Source: an uncultured Eubacteriales bacterium (GTDB lineage Bacteria; Bacillota; Clostridia; Oscillospirales; Oscillospiraceae). Taken from it: DNA of 64,000 bases. A model generated the notes under the pieces. That model ran no database searches, was not told where the DNA came from, and was given only the letters and a program-made list of their open reading frames with translations. Position 1 is the stretch's first letter. Each line of letters begins with the position of its first letter. The stretch covers positions 12,282 to 76,281 of the forward strand of contig URQY01000004.1 in assembly GCA_900550165.1 (NCBI GenBank), in the 5' to 3' direction. A program made the translations under genes and the position numbers. This document shows positions 56,556 through 64,000 of the stretch, one piece after another.

Positions 56556-59500
56556 ATGGAAACATTTCTGCTGAATCTGTTGAAAACTTCCCTGTTGGGC
56601 TCGCTCGCGGTGCTGACGATGCTGGCGCTGAAACCCCTCTGGCGCGAGCGTTACCGCGCGAAAACACGCTGCTGGCTGTGGCTGGCGCTCGCGGTGTTTC
56701 TGCTCTTCCCCGTCGACTTTTCGGTGAAGAACGCGCCTGTGCAGGCCGCGCCGCCGAAGGACTACACCCTGTTTGTCGGCACGGACAAGACGACCGTCAT
56801 GGCGACCGACAATCTCTTCGGCGACATGGCCGAGAGCAGCGGCCAAACGCCCACCGAGGTGCGCGATGCCATCATCGAGCGCCCCGTGACGAATCCCGAG
56901 CAGAAGACGACGCGCTACATCCCCGTAACAGCGCTCCTGTTTGGCGGCTATCTTGCGGGCGCGGCAGCGTTCCTGCTCTATCAGGGCGGCTGCTACGTGC
57001 ACTTCCGCCGCACGGTGCGCCGCTGGAAGCGCGACGTCGCCCGCGCGGACTACGCCGCGATGCTCTCTGACACGGCGCGCGACTTAGGCGTGAGCGCACC
57101 GGAGATGATCGTCTGCGAGGCGGTCACGACGCCCGCGGTGACGGGCCTGCTGCGCCCGCGGCTGCTCCTTCCCCACGAGCGCTACGACGTGCAGGAGCTG
57201 CGCTACATCCTGCGCCACGAGCTGTGCCACCTGAAGCGGCGCGATATGCTCTTCAAGCTCGTGCTGCTTGCGGCCAACGCGATGCACTGGTTCAACCCCA
57301 TCGTCTACCTGATGCTCCGTCAGGCGGACGAGGACATTGAGCTCGCCTGCGACAGCGCGGCGACCGACGATCTTGACCGCGCCGAGCGCGCGGCCTACAG
57401 CCGCACGCTCCTGGCAGCCGTGCAGTCCAACGTGCGGGCGCTGCCCGCGACCACGTGCTTCGGCGGCACGGTCGAGCGGCTCAAGCGGCGCATCACGAAT
57501 GTGCTCGGCGCGCAGAAAAAGCGCGGACTTGGCGTTGTCGCCCTTGTGCTGGCGCTGACGCTGGCGGCGGGCTGCGCGACGACGTGGGGCGAGCGCGCAC
57601 AGGCAAGCAGCCCCTTCGACGGCACATTCTATCAGGCGATGCTGCTCGCATGGGACGACAACATGGCCGCAGGCAGCGAATACGTCCCCTTCTCCTCTGA
57701 AACGAACCGATTTCAACTGAGCGCGTCTCCCTCCCCCACGCTCGCGTACACCCTGCCGCACGGCACGGTGTACAGCTTCCCGATGCGAAAGGGCGGCGAG
57801 CTGACGCAGGAAAACTTTGACGATGCGTGGTCCGGCGAAGGCAGCGTCGACCTGCGCGCGCTGCGTGAAAACAGCGCCGCGCTCTGGTGCCGCTTCCCCC
57901 TCACTCCCATGCAGGAGGCCCCCGGCAGCAGCGACGAACCAAACCTCGTCTACCTCTCCCAGCAGAACGACGGCTCGCTCTTCCTCTTTTTCGGTTATTG
58001 CTATAAAGACGGCGACACCGAAGTGCGGAGCATCCGTTGGATCTATCAGTTAGAACAGCGGGACGACACGATCTACGCCTCGATGGACGACTATGCCGCG
58101 AAGTGCGTGGAAGACCTCAAGCAGGGCACGATGACCTACTATGTCAGGGTCAACGGTATGGGCGTTGTCGAGGATACGGTCGCCGACGTGCGCGTGACGC
58201 AGCTCGAGCTGGGCGATTCGCTCGAAGGTCTCTCCCCCGAGGGCACGGCGCTGGAGCTTTGGTATTTTAACTATGAAATGAAGCCCACGAACGAGGCGGG
58301 CGTGGAAATCGACCCTGTGGGCGGGCAATATGTGACGGATGACGGTTTCCTCAGGGAGAGCTGGACGCACTATCTCACCGTCCTGCACCACACGAGCGGC
58401 GAGAAGACCGGCTATCAGATCATCGGCACTTCGATGAGCAACGACGGGCTCTTCTACAACGGCTGCGGCTACGGCGGTGAGGAAAAGGCTTACCTGCACG
58501 ACTTCTACGTTGACTACGCAGGGATCAATGAGCCGAAGATGTTCATTCCCAACCTGCTGAATGCGGCAACGGACGGCTACGGCTACGCCAACCAGTGCGA
58601 GGCACGGCTCGTTGCGGGCGAAGACTATTACTACTATGTGCCGATCACCGCGTGGGCGCGCAGCAGCGACGCGGAATTCTGGTACTCGCGCTACGACACC
58701 GGTTCGTATTTCAGCGTCGAGTATATCAGGAAGGACGTAGACGAGGCTCTCAGGGAGTGGACGCGCCAAGGCTACGAGGTGAGCCGCAGCGGAAATGTCT
58801 ACCGCATCGTGACGAGCGAGGGCATGAGCAACACAGTCGTCACGTTCTTCTCCATGCCGAACAGCACCTGCTATCAGGTCGAAACGCACTGGTCGTTCGA
58901 CGGCAGCACCGCGGAAAACGAGTGGGGCTGGAACCGTGACCGCGCCGTTGAGGGCGAGGCAGCCATTTTGCAGGCAATGACGGACAGCTTTACCATCACC
59001 GCCAAGATCCTGCCCACGCAGGAGGACGCGGACAGCGCTTCCACAGGCTTTGACGCGCTCGACGCCGCGCTGAAGCAGCTTGGCGACACAACGCGCAGCG
59101 CCTCGCTGACACTGATGCTGAACGGTGGCAAGCGCTATGAAGGCAGCGCCACCGACAACCGCGTCTATTTCTCCCGCCAGCTGCGCGAAGATCTCGTCTG
59201 GCGCGAGACGAACAAAACAAGCGTTCCGCAGGACGGGCTCTGCATCGCCGTGGGCGGCAGCGAGCTCAACTTCTCCGAGGCAGCGCCCATGAACCTCTGG
59301 CTGACAACGCCGGACGGGGCGGCGTATTGCTTCAAGACCGACTCATACGATGCGCTCAGTATTGTAGACGACGACGGCCGCACACTTTACGACTTGATGC
59401 GCCGGTGGTACGACGAGGCGGAGTACGACGCGCTGCTGCGCGACGTCAAACCGCAGCCCAAGAGTCTTTCCTGGCAGGAGGCGGCGCAGAACTGGGCGGA

Positions 59501-59825
59501 CGCCTACTACGGTGCGCACACAAAGGCAACGAGCGGCAGTTCCTTCAAGTACACCTGGGTCAAGGCTCTCATCACCCCCGCCGAGGACACGACGAAAGCC
59601 ATGCGCGAGTGGGGCGAGATCGACGAAAACACTTTCTGCTTTTACGTGGAGGTGCAGTTCACGCCCGAAAGTGAGACGGCGCTCTATTACGCGATGGCGG
59701 GCAACACCGTCGAATGCACCGACCCGTCCGCGCCCAAGGGCGCGTATGCGTTCCAGCGCTGCTGCACCATTCAACTGCAAGAGGACGGCCGCTGGCACGG
59801 GGTGGTGCTTGGCACCGGCTGGTAA
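56556..59825 (+). CDS. BlaR1-like M56 metallopeptidase with large uncharacterised ectodomain
   Basis: HELCH zinc motif, HWFNP, ELACD, LKRRI; about 750-aa C-terminal extension. Confidence 0.88.
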   Translation: METFLLNLLKTSLLGSLAVLTMLALKPLWRERYRAKTRCWLWLALAVFLLFPVDFSVKNAPVQAAPPKDYTLFVGTDKTTVMATDNLFGDMAESSGQTPTEVRDAIIERPVTNPEQKTTRYIPVTALLFGGYLAGAAAFLLYQGGCYVHFRRTVRRWKRDVARADYAAMLSDTARDLGVSAPEMIVCEAVTTPAVTGLLRPRLLLPHERYDVQELRYILRHELCHLKRRDMLFKLVLLAANAMHWFNPIVYLMLRQADEDIELACDSAATDDLDRAERAAYSRTLLAAVQSNVRALPATTCFGGTVERLKRRITNVLGAQKKRGLGVVALVLALTLAAGCATTWGERAQASSPFDGTFYQAMLLAWDDNMAAGSEYVPFSSETNRFQLSASPSPTLAYTLPHGTVYSFPMRKGGELTQENFDDAWSGEGSVDLRALRENSAALWCRFPLTPMQEAPGSSDEPNLVYLSQQNDGSLFLFFGYCYKDGDTEVRSIRWIYQLEQRDDTIYASMDDYAAKCVEDLKQGTMTYYVRVNGMGVVEDTVADVRVTQLELGDSLEGLSPEGTALELWYFNYEMKPTNEAGVEIDPVGGQYVTDDGFLRESWTHYLTVLHHTSGEKTGYQIIGTSMSNDGLFYNGCGYGGEEKAYLHDFYVDYAGINEPKMFIPNLLNAATDGYGYANQCEARLVAGEDYYYYVPITAWARSSDAEFWYSRYDTGSYFSVEYIRKDVDEALREWTRQGYEVSRSGNVYRIVTSEGMSNTVVTFFSMPNSTCYQVETHWSFDGSTAENEWGWNRDRAVEGEAAILQAMTDSFTITAKILPTQEDADSASTGFDALDAALKQLGDTTRSASLTLMLNGGKRYEGSATDNRVYFSRQLREDLVWRETNKTSVPQDGLCIAVGGSELNFSEAAPMNLWLTTPDGAAYCFKTDSYDALSIVDDDGRTLYDLMRRWYDEAEYDALLRDVKPQPKSLSWQEAAQNWADAYYGAHTKATSGSSFKYTWVKALITPAEDTTKAMREWGEIDENTFCFYVEVQFTPESETALYYAMAGNTVECTDPSAPKGAYAFQRCCTIQLQEDGRWHGVVLGTGW

Positions 59826-59963
59826 AAACGCGCACCATGAAAAACGGAGGGGACTTCCCCTCCGTTTTCTCATGGGAAAAAGCAGAAAAAGTTCTGGAAC
59901 ATCCCAGAAAGATGTGGTACAATAGGAATATTCCAAAACATATTTTCTCGGGAGGCTCCCGTC

Positions 59964-60740
59964 ATGGAACGAAATCCGATCCTGAATCTCCCGCTGTCGC
60001 TCGACAGCGAGATCCCGCTCTATTCCCAGCTCATGGGCATCATCAAGCGCAGCATCACCTCCGGCGCGCTCAAGGTCGGCGACCTGCTGCCGAGCGAGGC
60101 CGAGCTTTGCCGCGCCCACGACATCAGCCGCAACACCGTGCGTCAGGCCATCGGCGCTCTCGAGGAGGAGGGCTTTGTCGTGCGCAAGCGCGGCAAGGGT
60201 ACCTTCGTCACCGACCCGAACAGCCGCCGCAAGGGGGTGCAGTATTCGTTCACGACGGAAATTTCCCAGCTGGGCAAAACGCCGTCGTCCACGCTGGTCG
60301 ACTTCGCGGTCATCACGCCTTCTCCCAAGATCGTGACGCTCATGGGCCTTGAGCCGGGCGTGAAGGTCTACCGCTTCACGCGCGTGCGCAATGTCGACGG
60401 CGAGCCGCTCATCCTTGAAACGTCCTACTACCCCGAGTATATCTACCCGAATCTGACGCGCGAGCTGCTGGAGACGCACAGTTTCTACAGTCTCCTCTAC
60501 CATGTGGGCGTCATCCCCTTCTCCGCGTCGGACACCTACGAGGCCGTCGTGCTCGCGCCGCGCGAGGCGCAGCTTCTCAACTGCGCGCCCGGCTCAGCCG
60601 CTTTCTTCCACCAGCGCCGCACCACGACCGAAAACGGCCACATCTACGAATATACGACGAGCTATATGCGCGCCGACCGCGTCAAGCTGGATGTTCGCTT
60701 CCAGAAGGGCACGACGAGCTTCATGCGCACGGTGGATTGA
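59964..60740 (+). CDS. GntR (HutC/UTRA) family regulator
   Basis: PLYSQL, LPSEAEL, SRNTVRQA, GKGTFV; UTRA C-terminal domain. Confidence 0.92.
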   Translation: MERNPILNLPLSLDSEIPLYSQLMGIIKRSITSGALKVGDLLPSEAELCRAHDISRNTVRQAIGALEEEGFVVRKRGKGTFVTDPNSRRKGVQYSFTTEISQLGKTPSSTLVDFAVITPSPKIVTLMGLEPGVKVYRFTRVRNVDGEPLILETSYYPEYIYPNLTRELLETHSFYSLLYHVGVIPFSASDTYEAVVLAPREAQLLNCAPGSAAFFHQRRTTTENGHIYEYTTSYMRADRVKLDVRFQKGTTSFMRTVD

Positions 60741-60744
60741 AATT

Positions 60745-60769
60745 GGGCAGCCGAAAGGCTGCCTTTTTT
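60745..60769 (+). terminator. gntR terminator
   Basis: GGCAGCC-GAAA-GGCTGCC followed by a T-run. Confidence 0.8.
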
Positions 60770-60797
60770 TGCGCCCACAGGACGCAGCGATCTCATC

Positions 60798-61382
60798 ACA
60801 GCGCGGCCGCGCTGTCCGCTGTCCCCTGCGTACCCGCAGGGGACGAAACAAGGGAGGGATATCTCTTTTTGAAAAAGAGATATCCCTCCCTTTGACCCAC
60901 CCAGAGAAAATTGCATTGGCAGTCTCGAGCTCGAAGGAGTGCCATGCTTGCCGATTGCACTGCCCTGCGTGGCGGCATTGCTGCGCTCGCCGCCATTGGT
61001 GGTGCGAGACGATTTGCCTCTGCTCCTATTATCCGCTGCCGCTCTGCTGATCTTGTAGAAGTACAGCCTAATCCCCGTCTAACGAGAGTGCTTATGAGCG
61101 CAGCAATGCCGCATTCCGCAGGCAGTCTGCCGCCGTGCTGCCGTCACTCGCGCCCCACGGAGTAGGGCGCGGTTGCGAGTAGTTACGACTCGCAGAAGAT
61201 TCATGGCGAAGCCATGTACACCGCACCTACACTCCGCAGGCTGCGCAGTCCTTCAAGCCCCAATCTCGCAATGTCGGGGGTCGAGGGGGACGCCCCTCGC
61301 CTTTCTCTGGGGGTTTCAAAGGGGGCATTCTCTTCGGAAAGAGAATACCCCCTTTGGCACGCAGCAGCGCCGTCGGCGCTGC
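60798..61382. repeat. Mirror-symmetric non-coding palindromic cassette (REPIN/MITE-like) containing REP-like copies 3 and 4
   Basis: 21-bp perfect IR 60850-60892; 17-bp IR with one mismatch 61318-61355; inverted 19-bp arms; internal perfect 17-bp IR. Confidence 0.75.
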
Positions 61383-61405
61383 GCCCCCCGCGCTTGCCAA
61401 GCGCG

Positions 61406-61437
61406 AAAAAAAGAGCAGCCTTGCGGCTGCCCTTTTT
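61406..61437 (-). terminator. hisS terminator
   Basis: AAAAAAAGAGCAGCC…GGCTGCCCTTTTT. Confidence 0.75.
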
Positions 61438-62795
61438 CACTTTTCGCAAATGACCGGCTTTTGGCGGTCAGACTCCACAAAGGCCTTGGCCTTTTCCACC
61501 GCCTCCGCGCGCGGGAGCTTCACCTGATCGCCGGTGCGCATATCCTTGCAGGATACGACGCCCGCGTTGATCTCATCCTCACCGAGGAAGTAGACATAGG
61601 GCACCTTGAGCTTGTCGGCGTAGTTCATCTTGGCCTTGAACTTCTTCTTTTCCGTGTAGATCTGCGTGCTGACGCCCGCGGCGCGAAGATCCGTCGCCAG
61701 CGCGATAGCCTCGCTCAGATCCTCGGTCATCGGCAGGATGAGCACATCCGCCGGCGCGGTGCAGATCTCGCCGTTGAGCAGGCCCTGCTCGCCGAGGACG
61801 TAGAAAAGGCGCGTCACGCCGATGGAAATGCCGACGCCGGGGAGCTTGCGGTCGGTGTAATACTCGGCCAGGTTATCGTAGCGGCCGCCGGAGCAGACCG
61901 AGCCGATCTCGGGGTGGTCGAGCAGCGTCGTCTCATAGACGGTACCGGTGTAGTAGTCGAGACCGCGCGCGATCGTCAGGTCGACCGCGAAATTCTCCTG
62001 CGGCACGCCGAACGCGCCGAGATACTTGGCGACGGTCGTGAGCTCGTCGAGGCCCTGATCGAAGATCTCGTTGCGGCCGCGGTACTGCTCGAGTGCGGTG
62101 AGCACCTCTTCGTTCGTGCCCTTGATGCCGATGAAGGCGAGGATCTCGTCCGCCTTCTCGCCCTCGATGGCGTAGTCGTCAACGAGAATGGCGCGTACCA
62201 GCTCGGGGCCGATCTTTTCGATCTTGTCGACGGTGCGCATAATGTCGCCGGACTTGTCGCTAAGGCCCAGCATCGCGTAGAAGCCGTTCAGGATACGGCG
62301 GTTGTTAATGCGGATCTGGAAACGGGACAGGCCAAGACGGGAGAAAACGGTATAGATGATGGCGGGAATTTCGGCGTCGTTCGTGATGTCGAGCTCGCCG
62401 TCGCCGATGACGTCGATATCTGCCTGATAGAACTCGCGGAAGCGGCCGCGCTGCGCGCGCTCGCCGCGATAGACCTTGCCGATCTGGAAGCGGCGGAACG
62501 GGAAAGCGAGGTCGGCATAATGCAGGGCAACGTATTTCGCCAGAGGGACCGTCAGATCGAAGCGCAGCGAAAGGTCGCTGTCGCCCTTCGAGAAGCGGTA
62601 GATCTGCTTTTCGGTCTCGCCGCCGCCCTTGGCGAGCAGCACGTCGCTCGCTTCGATGATGGGCGTGTCGAGCGGGGTGAAGCCATAGACGCCGTAGGAC
62701 GAGCGCAGGATCTCCATCAGACGCTCCATCTGCGTCTGGGGTGCGGGAAGCAGCTCCATAAAGCCGGATAAGGTGTGAGCTTTGATCGTTGCCAT
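61437..62795 (-). CDS. hisS: Histidyl-tRNA synthetase
   Basis: LRFDLTVP, GRFREFYQAD, RGLDYYTG, GGRYDNL. Confidence 0.96.
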   Translation of the reverse strand: MATIKAHTLSGFMELLPAPQTQMERLMEILRSSYGVYGFTPLDTPIIEASDVLLAKGGGETEKQIYRFSKGDSDLSLRFDLTVPLAKYVALHYADLAFPFRRFQIGKVYRGERAQRGRFREFYQADIDVIGDGELDITNDAEIPAIIYTVFSRLGLSRFQIRINNRRILNGFYAMLGLSDKSGDIMRTVDKIEKIGPELVRAILVDDYAIEGEKADEILAFIGIKGTNEEVLTALEQYRGRNEIFDQGLDELTTVAKYLGAFGVPQENFAVDLTIARGLDYYTGTVYETTLLDHPEIGSVCSGGRYDNLAEYYTDRKLPGVGISIGVTRLFYVLGEQGLLNGEICTAPADVLILPMTEDLSEAIALATDLRAAGVSTQIYTEKKKFKAKMNYADKLKVPYVYFLGEDEINAGVVSCKDMRTGDQVKLPRAEAVEKAKAFVESDRQKPVICEK

Positions 62796-62880
62796 GATGG
62801 TTTTGTCCTTTCCAATTCAATGTAATGGGACAGCGTACTGCACCGTGGTGGCACAGCAGCGTATCGGTGTAATAGGGACT

Positions 62881-62909
62881 ATTATAAAGCACGGCATACT
62901 TTTCGTCAA
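62881..62909 (-). promoter_or_regulatory. sigma-A promoter of hisS
   Basis: TTGACG-N17-TATAAT on the minus strand. Confidence 0.7.
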
Positions 62910-63264
62910 GCATCGCGTGCGCGCTGTGCTCCGTCCCGGTAGAATCCTTATCAGTATACCAGTCCTTTTCACAAAAAGCCAGAGGTTTGCCCGTTCGCCT
63001 CGGGAAAAATATTTCAAAAATGGTACCGCAAAATAAAAAAAAGAATGATTCGGCGCAAAATCGCGAATTGAACTTGACAGAACTGCCGCTTTTTGTTACC
63101 ATATGTATTATCATATATAACAATTATAACAATGAATCAGGCACACGGCTTTCATTCGGCCCTGTGTGCCGCAGCTTTCCGGGCAGCCGTCTTTCATAAG
63201 GCCGCTGCGGTTCAAACCGCGCGGCGCGGATCGATCGCAAGAGATCGTTGAGGAGGAACATTGG

Positions 63265-63561
63265 ATGTACCAGAGCAAAATGAAGAGCGAGGAGACCGAT
63301 CATCTGTTCAAGGCGATCCTGTCTCTGAAAAATGAAGAAGAGTGCTACCGTTTCTTCGACGATCTTTGCACCTTCAGCGAGATCGAGGCCATGTCCCAGC
63401 GCTTTGAGGTCGCTTCCCTCCTTGCCGACGGGAAGACCTTTACCCAGATCTCGCAGAAGATCGGCGTCTCGTCCACGACCATCACGCGCGTGAACAAGTG
63501 CCTGTGCTACGGCGCGGACGGGTATAAGCTCCTGCTCGACCGGGAGAAGGAAGAAAAGTAA
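63265..63561 (+). CDS. TrpR-related YerC/YecD protein (HisR-like)
   Basis: LFKAILSL…ECYRFFDDLCT…E…QRFEVA…TITRVNKCLCYG…GY. Confidence 0.88.
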   Translation: MYQSKMKSEETDHLFKAILSLKNEEECYRFFDDLCTFSEIEAMSQRFEVASLLADGKTFTQISQKIGVSSTTITRVNKCLCYGADGYKLLLDREKEEK

Positions 63562-63961
63562 ACATCTCCGTCATTTTCACAAGAGCGGACGCGGTGCGTC
63601 CGCTCTTTTTTATTCATTCCGCTTTATTATAATGTTATAAAAACATAATGATATGCCATCACGTCACCTTGCTATATCCGATTTGACTAAAATATTTTTT
63701 GGTTTCTGCACGAATTTTATTGCTTTTGCTGAACACGTATGTTACAATTAGTTCACAAATAGATTGGAGATAGGAAAACGGCGTGCAAGAAACCGTTTGC
63801 CCGACGGTGCCGTGCACCTGTTTCCCGTCTGTTTTTCTGCGGGACCCCTCCGCAGAAAACGCACGTCCCCTTGTGCGGTGTGAAGCGTGCCTGTTTTGGG
63901 GAGGAGCGGACCCCCGCTTCCTGACGGGCAAGTATTTTTATGAAGAGAGAGGTATTTATCA

Positions 63962-64000
63962 ATGGCAAACGAAAAGAAAGTCGCACGGGAGCCCAGTTTT
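63962..64000 (+). CDS. 5' end of next CDS (MANEKKVAREPSF…), partial
   Basis: RBS GAGAGGT; open to the window end. Confidence 0.5.
   Translation, partial: MANEKKVAREPSF

Noticed and set aside
59530..59560. SxxK (SSFK) in the BlaR1-like ectodomain as a penicillin-binding site
   Set aside because: It is under 100 aa from the C-terminus, leaving no room for the penicillin-binding fold; likely a chance match
57600..59825. Diversity-generating retroelement target in the M56 ectodomain
   Set aside because: No reverse transcriptase and no template/variable repeat pair is visible in the window
60798..61382. CRISPR array, 6S RNA, tmRNA or RNase P RNA
   Set aside because: No regularly spaced direct repeats or cas genes, and no tmRNA or RNase P signatures recognised; 6S cannot be excluded without an Rfam scan, but the REP-like mirrored ends argue against it
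61173..62771. 532-aa ORF antisense to hisS and short ORFs in the palindromic cassette
   Set aside because: Shadow frame plus translation of palindromic repeats; no RBS or motifs
63741..63758. Possible Rex site GTTACAATTAGTTCACAA
   Set aside because: Only one half-site matches the consensus

Overview
High-GC Firmicutes chromosome segment. Gene content (rnf, hrcA-grpE-dnaK-dnaJ, yabM-mazG-hup-yabOPQ-divIC, an SLH protein, thiolase) suggests a spore-forming Clostridia, probably Oscillospiraceae-like; this taxonomy is inference. Most of the window is housekeeping: a lysine-riboswitch ABC transporter, heat-shock operon with CIRCE, Rnf complex, recJ-relA-dtd-hemZ, glycolysis, glmU-prs-pth-mfd and hisS. 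Four parts stand out. (1) An AT-richer ~1.8 kb remnant of a tRNA-Val-integrated rolling-circle/MOBT-type element (3199-5022) carries a Rep_trans gene, a CT|AA nick-site hairpin and a four-operator divergent switch, and is fused head-to-head with a truncated ABC ATPase. (2) A mirror-symmetric non-coding palindromic cassette of ~585 bp lies between gntR and hisS, built from a REP-like ~40-bp palindrome family seen four times in the window. (3) A BlaI/BlaR1-like pair has a sensor with a non-penicillin-binding ectodomain and an internal lipobox. (4) GlmU has a degenerate uridyltransferase domain. No CRISPR array, rRNA, integrase or transposase was found. Start codons were adjusted from the ORF track where RBS or family length supported it.
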